Assembly: GCA_013239625.1 (NCBI GenBank)
Contig: MU053209.1
Coordinates: forward strand, 111,456 to 175,455
Length of the DNA stretch: 64,000 bases
Source of the DNA: Lama guanicoe
Taxonomy: Eukaryota
Reading direction: 5' to 3'
In this document: piece by piece, positions 13,885 to 27,700 of the stretch
Numbering within the stretch: position 1 is the stretch's first letter
How the letters are laid out: every line of letters begins with the position of its first letter
Program-made: the position numbers and the translations under genes
The notes under the pieces: generated by a model
What the model was told of the DNA's origin: nothing
Database searches by the model: none
Seen by the model: the letters and a program-made list of their open reading frames with translations, nothing else

Positions 13885-14330
13885 TTATTTTTTCCCTCCA
13901 CCTACCAGAAACACAAGGGGATTTTTCCGTAATATTCACTGTGAGAACTAAATCCAGCTCGTGGAGGTAAAAACTCACAAAAATGAGGAGAACCACCCCC
14001 AAGACTAGGTTCCCTGGGGTTTTTAGCTCTCAGAAACATCCATCGTGAGCCTCCGGCAATTTCTCAGTTACAGTCCAGACTTCCTCATCCCGGCACTGGT
14101 TCCCGCGGGGGGTTCTCCTCATGGGTCACCACCCCTGGAAGTTCGGGTGCTAAGTAGTTATTTGCCTGGAGTTCTCCCCAAGTTAGAGGCAGCCATTCGC
14201 CCTGTGACCTCACCTCTCTTATCCATCTAAGAAGCTGTTGATTGCTCAGTTCAGTTTGTCCCACTTTCTACTTTAATTAGGACAGTGGAACTTCCAAGTT
14301 TCTTTCAGGCCACACCAGAAAATGTAATTC
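13885..14330 (-). mobile_element. Old L1M (MC/MD-like) 5' region, antisense
   Basis: gtgagaact...gtggaggtaaaaactcacaaaaatg...gagcctccggcaatttctcagttacagt...ggcactggttcccgcgg resembles antisense old L1 5' ends. Confidence 0.5.
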
Positions 14331-14877
14331 CCTTTGTCCAGCTCTAAGTTTTAAAAATTTAATAAAAATGTTTCAGCCGGTTGCCCATTGTCACCTGTTT
14401 GCAAGAGTTTCTCCTGAGGTGTTTTCATTCTGCTCTTTCGTGTATTTAACATTCACCTCTTGCCCTGTTTTATTTCTCTCTCTAAATATCTGAGAAAAAC
14501 ATGTATGTATTGCATAACTTTCAGTCAAGTAGCCAAGTGGAATGAAGATATGTTCCATTATGTTCACAAAGAAGGTACTTAGCACGTAACTTGTTTGAGA
14601 TGCTACTGGAGAACACGGGCCATCAAAATGACAAAGTAAATCAGGAAAGAAGAGAAAGACTCCAGAAACAGTAACACAACACATAATCCAGTCTGATTAA
14701 ATGGCCATATCGCCAAATGTCCAGCAACTATAGAGTCCGCAGAGCAAGGTGTAGCAGAAGGAAGCAGAAAACAAGGAATCAGCAGATTATCTAAGACATG
14801 TCTCCATGTGGAAAATTACACGGAGAAACATTTAACGAAGCTGTTAGAGAGTAGAAAACTGTAGGACTGAAAAAAAA

Positions 14878-15347
14878 NNNNNNNNNNNNNNNNNNNNNNN
14901 NNNNNNNNNNNNNNNNNNNNNNNNNNNNNNNNNNNNNNNNNNNNNNNNNNNNNNNNNNNNNNNNNNNNNNNNNNNNNNNNNNNNNNNNNNNNNNNNNNNN
15001 NNNNNNNNNNNNNNNNNNNNNNNNNNNNNNNNNNNNNNNNNNNNNNNNNNNNNNNNNNNNNNNNNNNNNNNNNNNNNNNNNNNNNNNNNNNNNNNNNNNN
15101 NNNNNNNNNNNNNNNNNNNNNNNNNNNNNNNNNNNNNNNNNNNNNNNNNNNNNNNNNNNNNNNNNNNNNNNNNNNNNNNNNNNNNNNNNNNNNNNNNNNN
15201 NNNNNNNNNNNNNNNNNNNNNNNNNNNNNNNNNNNNNNNNNNNNNNNNNNNNNNNNNNNNNNNNNNNNNNNNNNNNNNNNNNNNNNNNNNNNNNNNNNNN
15301 NNNNNNNNNNNNNNNNNNNNNNNNNNNNNNNNNNNNNNNNNNNNNNN
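14878..15347. other. Assembly gap
   Basis: N run. Confidence 1.
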
Positions 15348-15494
15348 TTAAAAATACAGATAGCCAGGTGAGGAATCTCACTGCAGCCTAAGTGAAACAC
15401 ATCGTCCTAGCAGAGACACTGGCGTACCCACCTGCCGATTCTTGAGCCTCATAACTTCTCCATTCCATCACCACTTTTACCATTAATTAGATTT

Positions 15495-15866
15495 TATTTT
15501 TTTTCTATTTTTAGAACATTTCTATTTTTTGTATTTTTTATTGAGTTATAGTCATTTTACAATTTTGTGTCAATTTCTGGTATACAGCATAATTTTTCAG
15601 TCATACATGAATATACATATATTCAATTTCACATTTTTTCACCATAAGCTACTACAAGATCTTGAATATATTTCCCTGTACTATGCAGTATAAACTTGTT
15701 AATCTATTCTATATATATACACCTGTCAGTATCTACCAGTCTCAAACTCCCAGTCTGTCCCTTCCCACCCCTCTCCCCCTGGCAACCCCGTTTGTATTCT
15801 ATGTCTGTGAGACTGTTTCTGTCTTATATTTAAGTTCATTTGGCTTTTTCCTTTTTAAACTAGATT
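15495..15866 (-). mobile_element. Young LINE-1 3'UTR, antisense
   Basis: ttttttattgagttatagtcattttacaattttgtgtcaatttctggtatacagc...tcccttcccacccctctccccctggcaacc. Confidence 0.85.
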
Positions 15867-15918
15867 TCTGAAACTAGATTTGCCTTAGACTTTTACCTCT
15901 GCTTCCTTGATTCTGGAC

Positions 15919-15942
15919 TCTGTGTGTGTGTGTGTGTGTGTG
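15919..15942. repeat. (TG)n microsatellite
   Basis: Direct. Confidence 0.95.
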
Positions 15943-16029
15943 TTAGTATATGTGTGCAAATAAAAAGGAAACATATTTTTATGTATTTTGCTAAGTGTTT
16001 TCATTCACATAATTGAACAGTATGTAGAT

Positions 16030-16595
16030 CGCTACACATAAGTACAGATTCAATCTTTTTCTTTATAAAGAGTAACTAACATTGGATTGTCAATCTATCT
16101 TAATTCACTGTATACTGTTTCACCAAAAGATGTTTTTTTCCCCATAAAACCTTTTTAGAGAGCTGAAGTTAACAACTTCATTCTCATTTTTTGGTATGTA
16201 TCACAAATATACATAAATATTAAAATTTCTAGAAGTGAAGTTCTTGGTCAAAGGACATGGGAATTTTAAAATTAGAACTATGTCTTATAAGTGCCTTTTA
16301 TAAGTAATGGTAAAAATCCATTTCCAGTCAACAGTATAATAACATTACCTACCTATTTCTTCATACCCTCACTATTACTACAAAACATGCCCATATGAGA
16401 GTTGGAAATAGCTTCTGATTTATTCTGTACTTACTTAGTGGTGAGTGAAGCTGAGATCCTTTTCATATGTTGATCGGCTATTTTTATTCCTATGAACTAC
16501 TGACTCATTTCATTCACTAGGTTGTATGAGTTCCATTGATTTCATTGCCAGCCCCACTAGATATCAAAGTCTCTTGTGTAATGTGGTTTCTTTCT
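16030..16595 (-). mobile_element. Old L1ME-like relic, antisense
   Basis: ttctagaagtgaagttcttggtcaaagg; catttccagtcaacagtat; gtgagtgaagctgagatccttttcatatgttgatcggctattt. Confidence 0.6.
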
Positions 16596-17531
16596 NNNNN
16601 NNNNNNNNNNNNNNNNNNNNNNNNNNNNNNNNNNNNNNNNNNNNNNNNNNNNNNNNNNNNNNNNNNNNNNNNNNNNNNNNNNNNNNNNNNNNNNNNNNNN
16701 NNNNNNNNNNNNNNNNNNNNNNNNNNNNNNNNNNNNNNNNNNNNNNNNNNNNNNNNNNNNNNNNNNNNNNNNNNNNNNNNNNNNNNNNNNNNNNNNNNNN
16801 NNNNNNNNNNNNNNNNNNNNNNNNNNNNNNNNNNNNNNNNNNNNNNNNNNNNNNNNNNNNNNNNNNNNNNNNNNNNNNNNNNNNNNNNNNNNNNNNNNNN
16901 NNNNNNNNNNNNNNNNNNNNNNNNNNNNNNNNNNNNNNNNNNNNNNNNNNNNNNNNNNNNNNNNNNNNNNNNNNNNNNNNNNNNNNNNNNNNNNNNNNNN
17001 NNNNNNNNNNNNNNNNNNNNNNNNNNNNNNNNNNNNNNNNNNNNNNNNNNNNNNNNNNNNNNNNNNNNNNNNNNNNNNNNNNNNNNNNNNNNNNNNNNNN
17101 NNNNNNNNNNNNNNNNNNNNNNNNNNNNNNNNNNNNNNNNNNNNNNNNNNNNNNNNNNNNNNNNNNNNNNNNNNNNNNNNNNNNNNNNNNNNNNNNNNNN
17201 NNNNNNNNNNNNNNNNNNNNNNNNNNNNNNNNNNNNNNNNNNNNNNNNNNNNNNNNNNNNNNNNNNNNNNNNNNNNNNNNNNNNNNNNNNNNNNNNNNNN
17301 NNNNNNNNNNNNNNNNNNNNNNNNNNNNNNNNNNNNNNNNNNNNNNNNNNNNNNNNNNNNNNNNNNNNNNNNNNNNNNNNNNNNNNNNNNNNNNNNNNNN
17401 NNNNNNNNNNNNNNNNNNNNNNNNNNNNNNNNNNNNNNNNNNNNNNNNNNNNNNNNNNNNNNNNNNNNNNNNNNNNNNNNNNNNNNNNNNNNNNNNNNNN
17501 NNNNNNNNNNNNNNNNNNNNNNNNNNNNNNN
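16596..17531. other. Assembly gap
   Basis: N run. Confidence 1.
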
Positions 17532-20500
17532 TCACCTGCCTCCTTCCCTCTCTCTGTGCTGACTTCATTCTTCTCTCCTTTATTTTTCGAGACCACATGT
17601 CAAGAGGGATGGTCACTGACCATTTTAAATTACAAAAACAGAAACCGAAAGAAAAAAATAATTGATTAAATTTGAATCAGGAATATGCCCCCTACAAATT
17701 CGATCAACTGTGTAAATGGACTGGAGAGTGTGATGTACCATTAAAAAAGAAGATAAAGAAGAGAAGTCAGGGCAGGTAGTGATTCCTGAGACAGAAAAAA
17801 ACAGATAGACCTCATTTTATTCTTATGGATTTCCTGGTAGTCATGACCTCATCCCTGACTTGTCTCCTTTCCTGCTATCCCGCAGGCTACCCGTGGCCCC
17901 CAACCCAAAACTGCCTTGCGTATTTTAAAACAAAAAAAAATTATGACTGAATCTGGTCATTGTGTTCCTTCTTCAGAAGTCCCCCTTTATCCAGGCAGAG
18001 TCCTGGAAGGTACTATTATAACATCAACATGTTTTTTTAAACAAATCATGGCAGACACTCTCTAGAATTCATGGCTTGAGTCCATACTTAACAAGATCAT
18101 CATCCAAACATACTGGAAAGGGAATCAAAACAGAGGTTTCACCCTGTGCAAAGCCTTACGTACAGTTGCACAGTGACTTCTGGTGGCTATGACCACTGCT
18201 CTAAATAATTTTCATCATTGAGGATCCAGAATTGTTCTTTCTTTGGCAAAACCCCCTCACATATGTACATATTTTCAAAATAAGAAGGTGATTCCTTTTC
18301 CATTTGCAAACCTAAGTTATTCAGTATGACTGGGTTGTATAAGCAACGTTTAAGTGGAGGAACCAGAGAGGTGTCAGGAGAGTTGGAAGGGAGTCTCTAA
18401 AGGATTGACAGATGGAGAATCAGAAGGCAATGTAACTGGATACGTTGGTGTTTATTAAGACCAAATCTATTTATGCTCCATTAATCATGTTTACACAAAT
18501 AAAAGTATGTATTTGAGAGCTCCCATTAAGAATCCATGAAGAATTAATAGAATACCCAACCCCCAAACACTTCAGGGCTATTAAGTCAGATACACATGCC
18601 AAAAAGCCTCTTTGAAGTGATCCGTGCTGTCCATCTCTGTGAATTCAGTAAGACTACTTACCAGCTTTGTGATGGCTTGTCACGTCCCCAGCACTTAGCC
18701 TGTACTCAGGGGAACAGGACATATTTAATAAAATCTGTTGAATAAATAAATAAGCAAACAGAAGAAATGAGAGAGATGGTTAAAATAAATGTGATGAGGG
18801 AAAGCACTTTGAAGAATCCACTCATTCTATCTGGAGCTTTATTTATAATTATGGCTCCTGGACCAAGCCTGTTGAAAGGAAGTTTCCTGAGTGCGAAAGC
18901 AGAAGCAAATATGATTTATTTGACACAGCAAATGTATTTTTTTCTGTGAATTTCTGAGACACACAGGAATAACACACGGAACATTCTGGACTAGGATCTC
19001 AGCACCTATCTTATGGTTCCCCCTAGGGTATGAACTGGAGATGTAAAACTGACAGAGGTTTTTAGTTCTGAAAAGAAAAAAAGAAGTATGCTGCGGTGCA
19101 AAATCAAATGTATGAATGTAATAGCATAGTTGAGTCATACATGAGTTATTAATAAAAGCTGGGGCTACTGTGATGATCAATGGCATACAGGGATCCTCTA
19201 AAGGCAATACCATGCATAATAGCCTGAAATTCTCCACAAGGAAGAATTTTAAATGTGACTCAGCTGGGAACGTTACTTGCTCTCTTCCGACACCACAGTC
19301 ATGGATGAGGGTGCGGATTCAGAGACAGAAGCAGCTTTGTAAGAATCATAAAAAACAAAGGTGCGGTAAGAGAGGTAGCGAATCAATTAAATGCCACTCG
19401 TTCTTTTTATTTCTAACAAAAATTAGTGTTTAACAAAAGTAAGTAACTGAGTTACTTCTAGTTTTTGAGAACCTACTTATGTGTTAGGTTGTTTGCTAAG
19501 TTAATTCATTTATGTTTGGTCAGTTGATCTTCCCGGCAATTCTTCCGGCCAACTACTGATATCTATGGCAGCGTAATACAATGCTGTAACCCACGTATGT
19601 CTTTGTATTATCAAATAATGGTTGAGGGTTTTGAACCCAGAGTTCTTATCTCAGAGCCAGGGCTTTCTTACAAATGTGTGGTTGGGATCTGTAATTGTAG
19701 CCCTGACAGCTCAGTGACCTCTGTAAAGAGTTCCCTAATGGGTCTTTGGGCACTTTCTAAGCTCATTAAGTCAAAGATTTTGTACTTTGCCTTGTTTATG
19801 TTACAAATACACTTAATTTACAGTTCGAAGATCTTATACACAAGAAGACAAGGAAAGCAAATCAATTGCCAATTTAATTTGCATGGCCTCTAGGTAATCT
19901 TTTTTTTTTTAATTTAGATATGGCAGCTACATAATATTTACAAATTGTTCTTACTAGCATTACTTACTGTCACTTTAGCTTCCAGAGGGAGTTCATTTTA
20001 ATTATAACTGATATGAAATACCATCTGGACTCTTTCTAAGGCAGAGAGTTTAATACTATATACAACCCCCATCTATAAGATTCCGAATGATTTATAGAGA
20101 CAGTATACATCTGCTGGTTGAATTCTAAGCTGCCAAGTCCCCTCCTTTCTTGTCAAACTGTAGCTAATTGTCATTGGGACTTCTTTTGAAAACTGACTCT
20201 ACTCAATCTCCAAATTCTAGCCCATGGGAATTGGTTAAATTTGTTAGCAAAATTTGTTAAATTTGTTAGCAAATTCCTGGCCAAAGTGATTTCTTTCAGG
20301 CTGTTAATGTGACTTCTACCAGGGCAGTAAGAGTGAACATGAGGGCTTTGTGTAGGAGTTATAAAATCTACCAGAGGCATGAGTTATGTGAGCTATCCGT
20401 TGCTTGTGATCAAAAGCATCTGAACTGATTTCGAATTTGGTACAGGGAAATAAGGGCTGATAGGAGCAGATACTGAGAGTTGAACTAACGAAACAGGGCA

Positions 20501-21099
20501 AAGGATGGTAAGGACTCCTCCTCTCCTCCCTCAACAATGGAAGCTGGCAATCATGAGTAAAAGTGATGTGAATCTGTGATCACTGCCCACTGGGACTCAG
20601 AGTTTGTGTCTACTGACCCTACAAAATTAAAAACTGAGGCAGGAAAATGCTGTCATGTCTGAGTGTACTGGCTAATTCTGCAGTGTTAAGGTCCCAAAAG
20701 ATACAAAGCCTTTTCTGAAGTCAGTTCATCTGAAAGCAGGATTAAAAAAAAAAAAATAGAGCTTTGCTAAAAGTAGCTCCTTTTGCCTGTGGGCTGAAAT
20801 AAAAAATGACTGAAATTCTGAACATCTGTAGCTTCGCTGAGATGGAAAAGGCAAATCCTACACATCAAGCCAAAGTTAGGGCAAAGTGGTGTTAGGAAGC
20901 ATTTGTTAGGTAGAAGATTCGGCAGACAAGTAAGATGAGAGCCTAGGGGACCTAAGGAAAGCCTGCCGCTACCTCCTACCTACAAATCCACAGCCTGTTT
21001 TAGAAGCTTTGACCTGATTATAAACCAAAAAAAAAAAAAAGAGAGAGAGAGGAAAAGGAAGCAAGGAAGGAAGAAATAAGAAAAGAAAGGGAATTATTT

Positions 21100-21660
21100 G
21101 AGGGGTGCGTATAGAAGGCGGGGACAATCTCAGCCGTGTCTTGTCACCTTAGCAGTGACACTGAGTGAAGAGAGACCGCGAGTGGCAGGGCCCCGTGCAG
21201 GCATGGGCGGGGCTTGGAGACTAAGGCAGCTCGTTTGCTTACTTCACAGGCCTGAATCCAGGCTCCAGGGTTCCAGCTGAATGGCCGCTTCCTGGCCTTG
21301 GCTTCTAGCACACCTAATGGTCTCAGATCAGATAGCTGTGAAGCTTGTTCAGGTTTTAAGGGAGTGATTTGGAAAAGGGGCTCCAACTCTGGCCAATAAG
21401 TACCTGAGATTACTCACCTCTCCGATGGATGCTCCCACTAGCATTCGCACTGGGAGAGAGAGAGTGGTCGGGGTGGGCTAGTCCCTGGAAGGTGTGGTCT
21501 CTATTCAGGGCACCTCCCAGGTACAATCAGGGGGCTGCTGTACACGGAGCCCTGCCTAGAACAAGCTGAACCTGTGCAGCCAGGGAACTCCCTCCACCGC
21601 GGGCGAGAGAGACTCTGTTATTCCCAATCAGCAAGACCCAAGGGGGCTCACGGCTGAGAA
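21100..21660. promoter_or_regulatory. GC-enriched promoter-like segment
   Basis: Local GC/CpG rise in AT-rich DNA; GC box gggcggggc at about 21205; CCAAT at 21393 and about 21624; AGATAG near 21330; perfect minus-strand donor GAG|GTGAGT at 21418/21417. Confidence 0.4.
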
Positions 21661-24369
21661 ACTGCAGTGTCATTTCCATTCCCCCTTTCAAATGGCAGTT
21701 TTCATCACTGTTACCATCTTGCTGTCATTGGCTACCAAATGTGACCTAACTGTTCCATGAACGTACCTAAATATAGAGTTCTGAAGGCTACGTAACACTA
21801 GATATATAATCCATTACTTAAAGACGGGAGTCCCTTCAAAGAATTCTGAGTAACTTTGCATACACTTCATTTTTTTATGGAGGAACACCATACTGAATAA
21901 CTTACGGAACATTATGAGAAGTCTAAATTTTTTCGAAAATGGCACAATTCAAGAAGCTATAAAATCTTTACATTTTTATAATTTCTTCTTTGACCTTTGA
22001 ATTAGTTAGAAATATATATTTTTACATTTCCAGATTATGGACTATAGATTCAGAGGTGTAGATGTGGCTATGAGGTGAAAATGGACATCATAATTCCATG
22101 AACTCATCAATGATTACCATTCTTAAAAAAAATAGGTATTATAAGAAGACAAATATACTATACAGTGTCTAATTCAAAATATAAGGTAATAGTAAAACAT
22201 TTGAAAAATTAAAGTATTTCACAAAGCAGAATTATGGAAACTGCAAATTAAATATATAAACCAATGTCATTTAATATAAATTCATCAGTTACAACTAATT
22301 GCAAATTCAAGCAATGTGAGTTTCACTTAGACTTCTGAAATATACTTACATAAAAGACTTTCTTTAGAGTAAAAGACTTCTTTTACCTCCAAATGTAAAT
22401 ATTGAGACATTTTTCACTAATATTTTATAGTAACTTATACATAAAAAGAAAGTTAATGTATAAAATAATTAGGATCTTGGGGGAAGGCCCCTAGACAATG
22501 CTTGGCAATAAAATTACTCCTTTTCCATCTAAGCTACTCCAGCACAAAGAAAGGTATTTTAAAATAAGAATGTTGTAGCAGGTGTTTACTTTTGGAAAGT
22601 CTTACCTTTTAAAATCCACAAATTAATCTATTTGGCATTAGTAGGTATTAACAGAAAGATCTTTAACCATAGAAACCTAAATGGTTATCACTATAAATTC
22701 TGAACTGTAAACATACTTGGCTTCAAAATCTGAGAGTGACCTTTTTAGAAACTCACATTTTGTTTGGCAAAATGATAAATGACCAAATTGATTATTGATT
22801 AATATAGAACCACAGTGGCCATGTGAGAAAATCATCCCTATCATGAACTTAAACGAGGTTTCAGTGCTAACCCAAGGCTCTCGTAATTTATACCTGATTT
22901 TATATAAATATCAATCAATCAATATATATCTATAATATATAAAATGAGCATGAGCTAAGATCTTCATAAAAGTTGTCATCTGAACACCTCTCATTGCTTT
23001 TCTATTTATATCTAATATTTGTATCTGAGATTAAACAGTATTAAGATAAAATGTGAGCACACACTGGACAACACTCAACAAATTATGTAACTGAGATTTA
23101 GCATGTATAACACTAAATGAGCATACAGACAGCTAGAAAAATAACAATGAATGTTCTGTACTGAAGAAACAAGAGATTTATGGGACTATGTGAACTAAAT
23201 GTCTATTATGAGGACAGAGATCCAATGCAAAGAATACGAATCTTGTCAGACACACATGGAGAGAAACAGAAAAATTCCAAGCTAGACAATCTCAGGATAT
23301 GTGTGAGAAAACTACTGACTCACTGATGAGTGTGAGAAGCAGTGCCAGCCTTGCTCACCGCAAGAGGCTGATGGAATTCTGATTTCAAGAAACCAAGCAC
23401 AGTAGATGTAACATTCTCCTCTGAAGCCAGCTTGCTGAGACCAATGTGGCTGACCCTACATGCTCTCATGAGTGCTCTGAATCAATTGGATTCAGACCTG
23501 CTTCCATATTTCCACTCCTTCCCCTTGTAAAACCTGACTGCCTCAGAATTATATTCTAAGTGCTAAGATTAATTTAAGAGATGCTCATTTTATTCCGTTG
23601 ACTGTTCCCTGGATCAGATGTCCCCCAATCCTAACAGTTCCTGGCAGTTAGAAGGGTCTTGCCTCTCTCCGTAAGGCTGAGAAATACGGAAAGTGAATTG
23701 GAAGAGTCATGATCTCTCTTTTCACGATTTCACTCCAACTAATCGACCTTTGCATTAGTTGTCCAGACTATTCCTCATCTTAACTTACTTGTATTAAAAT
23801 CTCAAACATAAATGAACCAAAACGTCAGCACAAATGTTAAGATTTGTCACTCAGAACAAGCCTGGAGCTATCGACACAAATGCTTGTTATATTGTATAAT
23901 GTTTTTTATTACTTTAAATAAACAAGGCACATCATATTGTGTATTAGTCGTTCTCAGTTAATCATAATACAGCCTTGGGTTAAAATAATACCTTCCAGTT
24001 TTACTGAGAAGAGGAATTTAATTGAGTCCACCTCACAGACAATTTGAGTTAAAATACTGCACACCTCCTGTGCCCTACTTCCCTCTTCTCACAGCCCACG
24101 TTTGACTGTGGCCGTCACTGCAGCAACCAACTTCATACAGTTGTAACATGCCTGGGATTGTTTCAGCTGCTCTGTGTAACCCTGGCTTTCTGCTTCTGTG
24201 TTTTTTCTGATCCAGCACAGAAGCAGAAAGCCAGAGGATTTTTTTGGGGGGGGACGGGGGCTTTGGGGAGCTTTTTTGTATTTTTTTTAATTCCTTAGGG
24301 GATTTATTGATTTTCACACTCAGTGATGCTGAACTGCTCCAATCTCACAAATTCATCAAAAAGAGCATT

Positions 24370-24769
24370 CAGTCTATAAAAGTGTCCACATCTCCCAGGT
24401 GAAAATGGGAGCACACCCTCAACTCGCTCAGGCACAACGGAGCGGTACAAAGGGAGAGGGCACCTCCCTGCATCAGCAACGGGAGGCAGGAGTTGCTGAT
24501 GGGATGCTCCTCATTCCGGTCCTCACACAGATCGCTGGAAGCAGCCTCTCTGCAGGTCCTTAGAAGCTCCGGGCAAGAAGGGGCACAGTTGTCCACAAAG
24601 GCAACCTTTGAAAATTCATTCTTCTACTGGCTTTTCCTCTTTTCTTGTTTAATGATTCCCAGTCCTTCTCTTTTATTCCTTGAGATAACTTTCCAAAATA
24701 AGCTTCCTTGCCTGTTGCCTGTAAGTTTGTCTCATACTCGGCTTCCAAATGAGAAGCTGAGCTAAGACA
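24370..24769 (+). mobile_element. ERVL LTR16-like solo LTR (5' edge uncertain)
   Basis: 3' end gataactttccaaaataagcttccttgcc...ttgtctcatactcggcttcc...gctaagaca matches the LTR16-family terminus as recalled. Confidence 0.6.
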
Positions 24770-27700
24770 GATAATATCCTGAGAGACGGGGTGTGGAAAA
24801 TGGGTCAGCAGCTCCACTTACAAAGTGCTGGCTGGACAGGCTTCTTTGACTCCGAGCGTCCACCTGTTTCATACATAATGCAGGACGCTCCCACCAACGC
24901 GCCAGAATTAAAAAGTACAGTTGTTGCTTCTGGCTGTTAGTCACCGTAAACCCACTGCTTAAGGGAAATGGGGGTGGGGGATGGGAGAGGTGGCTGCTCA
25001 GATAACTTACTGAGTCTTTGGATTCCTCGCAGTTTTGTTAATATAGCCTTGATAGTACTTTGCCTTGCTTTTTGTATAACATTTTATGGAAAGACAAAAA
25101 TAAAACACAAACATTATAAAGACATCTGTGGGGAGAGGGTGCTCCATCTGTTCTGACTGAAAAAGAAAAAAATCAAGCAGACGTGTTGCTTCATAACTTC
25201 TTGCCTGAGGAAAAGCATGTTTGCAGGAAAACAAGCCCTTTTGTGTTCCCACTGACCTAAAATTTCATGTGGAATATACTTGCTAGACAGAACATTCGAC
25301 TGCAAGATATGGACATCAACCTGCTCTCCAGCTTGAAGATCGGAAACGGATATATACTAGCTTCACAATGAACCGTAATCATCCGGTGGTAATTCTGTAT
25401 TGTTCATTGGTGCAGCTAGACTTCTCTGGCTGCTCCCACTGGAGGGTAACCCATGGTCTAGAGATAACTTACCTAGGCAAGAATTAGAAACCAAAAAAGG
25501 TTCATCAAAAATATAACATGAGACTTACAGAAGTTGCCTACGATATGACAAGACTTATGGCCCTCACTGTACCATGACATCACCGGCCTCCTCTGGGACA
25601 AGGTTTCTTGGTCTTGGCCTCTGAGTGCTGCTGGGTCCCGCCATCCACTGCAGTGTCGCTCACCCTTCTGGTCGTTGGGCATGACGCCCTGACTCCCACT
25701 GTCCTTGCTCCCTGTTCTAAACGTTGCAAACACTCAACCCTACCACAGACTTCATACGGATTGTTTGGACGGGGTGAGAATCTGAATCTCCACAACATTT
25801 TAAACACTTTCAACTTTTGGCTATTTTTCCCATAGCACTCTGAGTGTGTCATTACTCCACCCACATTAACACCACACTTTTCTGCTACTAGTCTACCTCC
25901 TATTTGCCCCCCTTTTTGAGGGAACGCCAGCAAATTTCTAATATTCTGTCCAGGAAAATACACACAAGCATCCTTCATTTCGCATTCAAAGCATCCTTGT
26001 TTTTATCAGTTAAAAAAAAAGTGTCTTGGCTTTCAGAAAACTGCTTCTACTATGCACTTAAAGTCATAACCGATTTTTCCTCTAGACCAAGACAAACTTT
26101 CCTGTGAGGCGATTCCAGTCACAGCAAAGGTCTAATGTTGGCTATTTTTAGGGGAAAACAATGACAAAGCACAACCAGTCCTGTAGACTGTTCTGATACA
26201 AGCACTAGGAATTATATTCCTGACGGGAACACAGCAGTCTGCAAGACAAGCACATCTTCTCAAAGATCCATGTTCTCAGAGGGAAGGAAGCCCCTTGCAT
26301 TGTACGTGGAAAACTCACGGACGCCACCCATGTTGTCTAAGTGGTGAGATACTGACCCTAAGACATACGAAGGAAGGTGGATTTGTCCTTAACAGGAGAA
26401 TACCATTAAAGGTGTATTTTGTTTCCATAAGCTTTTCTACTTGACAGAAAAGCACTCGATTTAAAAATATGTTCACGCATGTATTTACGTATACCCATGT
26501 GTATCCCATAATTACATAGTAGTAGAAAGAGTCAGTGTGTTTGTGTTTTGATCCTGGTCCCTGTTGATGTCTAAAGACCATTTATTTCAAGGACAATAGG
26601 ATAATGAATGATACAAGAAGCAATTACCTCAAGTAGTAGGTTTTTCCCCCTAAAAATATCAGCCAGTAGCAATGACCCTTGTTTGGTGATGTGATTCCAA
26701 GAAGTATGTTCATATTTATTTCTACTGTTACTAAAAGCCTGGGCCACTTTAAGTGTTGAGAGATTTATCTCAAAAAGTGCCGTAGCCCCCAACTTCTCAG
26801 TGCGTTATTACATAATCATAGAAAATTGACAGGTCATAAATTGGGCACATAAGTTACAGTACAATAGTCAATGGGATATTATGCAGCTGTTATAAGAATA
26901 AATCTGAATTATACCTTTAAGTCATTCAGGGCAAGATATTCAACATCAAATGAAGAGAGAATTAGTAAGGTGACTGGTGACACATGTGACACACTGTAAA
27001 TCTGATAGTTACAAATCAGCATGAAAAGTTTCATAAATCTAAAGCCTTTTTTGAAATGTGAAAAACGCCAAAGTATCAATAGAACCCACAAGCTGGTATC
27101 TTTAAGTTGCCCCATTTTAGACCATGGTCTACAGCTTTAGGTGGATAAATTATCATAATAACTATTATTATTCTTACTTTCAATTCTTCCCTTTGCTGCT
27201 TTCTTGAAAGAACCTGGAATCATGTACACCACCATTTTGTTTTGCTTATCAATTTTTAAAATGAATTTGTGGAAAAATAAAAATCACTTCCAAAAGCAGG
27301 GTTCTTGGGAGCACTCAGCTCAAGCCCCAGGCCCAACTGTCTAAGGTAATTTCCCATGTGACCCCCTGAGCACCCTTATCTAAGGACAACTGTAGCCAAC
27401 CCAGTCCACTTGATGTTTTATTGAAACTTAACTGTTGCAAAGCCACTGTTTTGGTTTTTTTTTTTCCTAATGAACAAAGTCTATATAATTCTGGTCCTTT
27501 TGATTCGGGCAACTTAAAAACTGAGTACGATGTGATATAGGGAAAAACACCACTCTAAGATGGAAGTTGAGGTCTATGACCAAAAACCATTAAATTAAAG
27601 TCCCCCACAGGCTCATTGAGGATTAAGGCTACTTGGATAAGGACCTTATAAGGCTACAGAGTCACTTTCAGCAAAATGACTACTGTTTTCTCTCAAGAGA

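Noticed and set aside
20234..20278. Short direct repeat ttaaatttgttagcaaa; similar 12-bp repeats near 53360 and 61385
   Set aside because: Ordinary slippage micro-duplications.
24245..24990. G-rich runs with G-quadruplex potential (about 24245-24270 and 24969-24990)
   Set aside because: Low-complexity tracts with no supporting context.
25473..26107. Cluster of overlapping 67-132 aa ORFs
   Set aside because: No recognisable domain; explained by locally higher GC.
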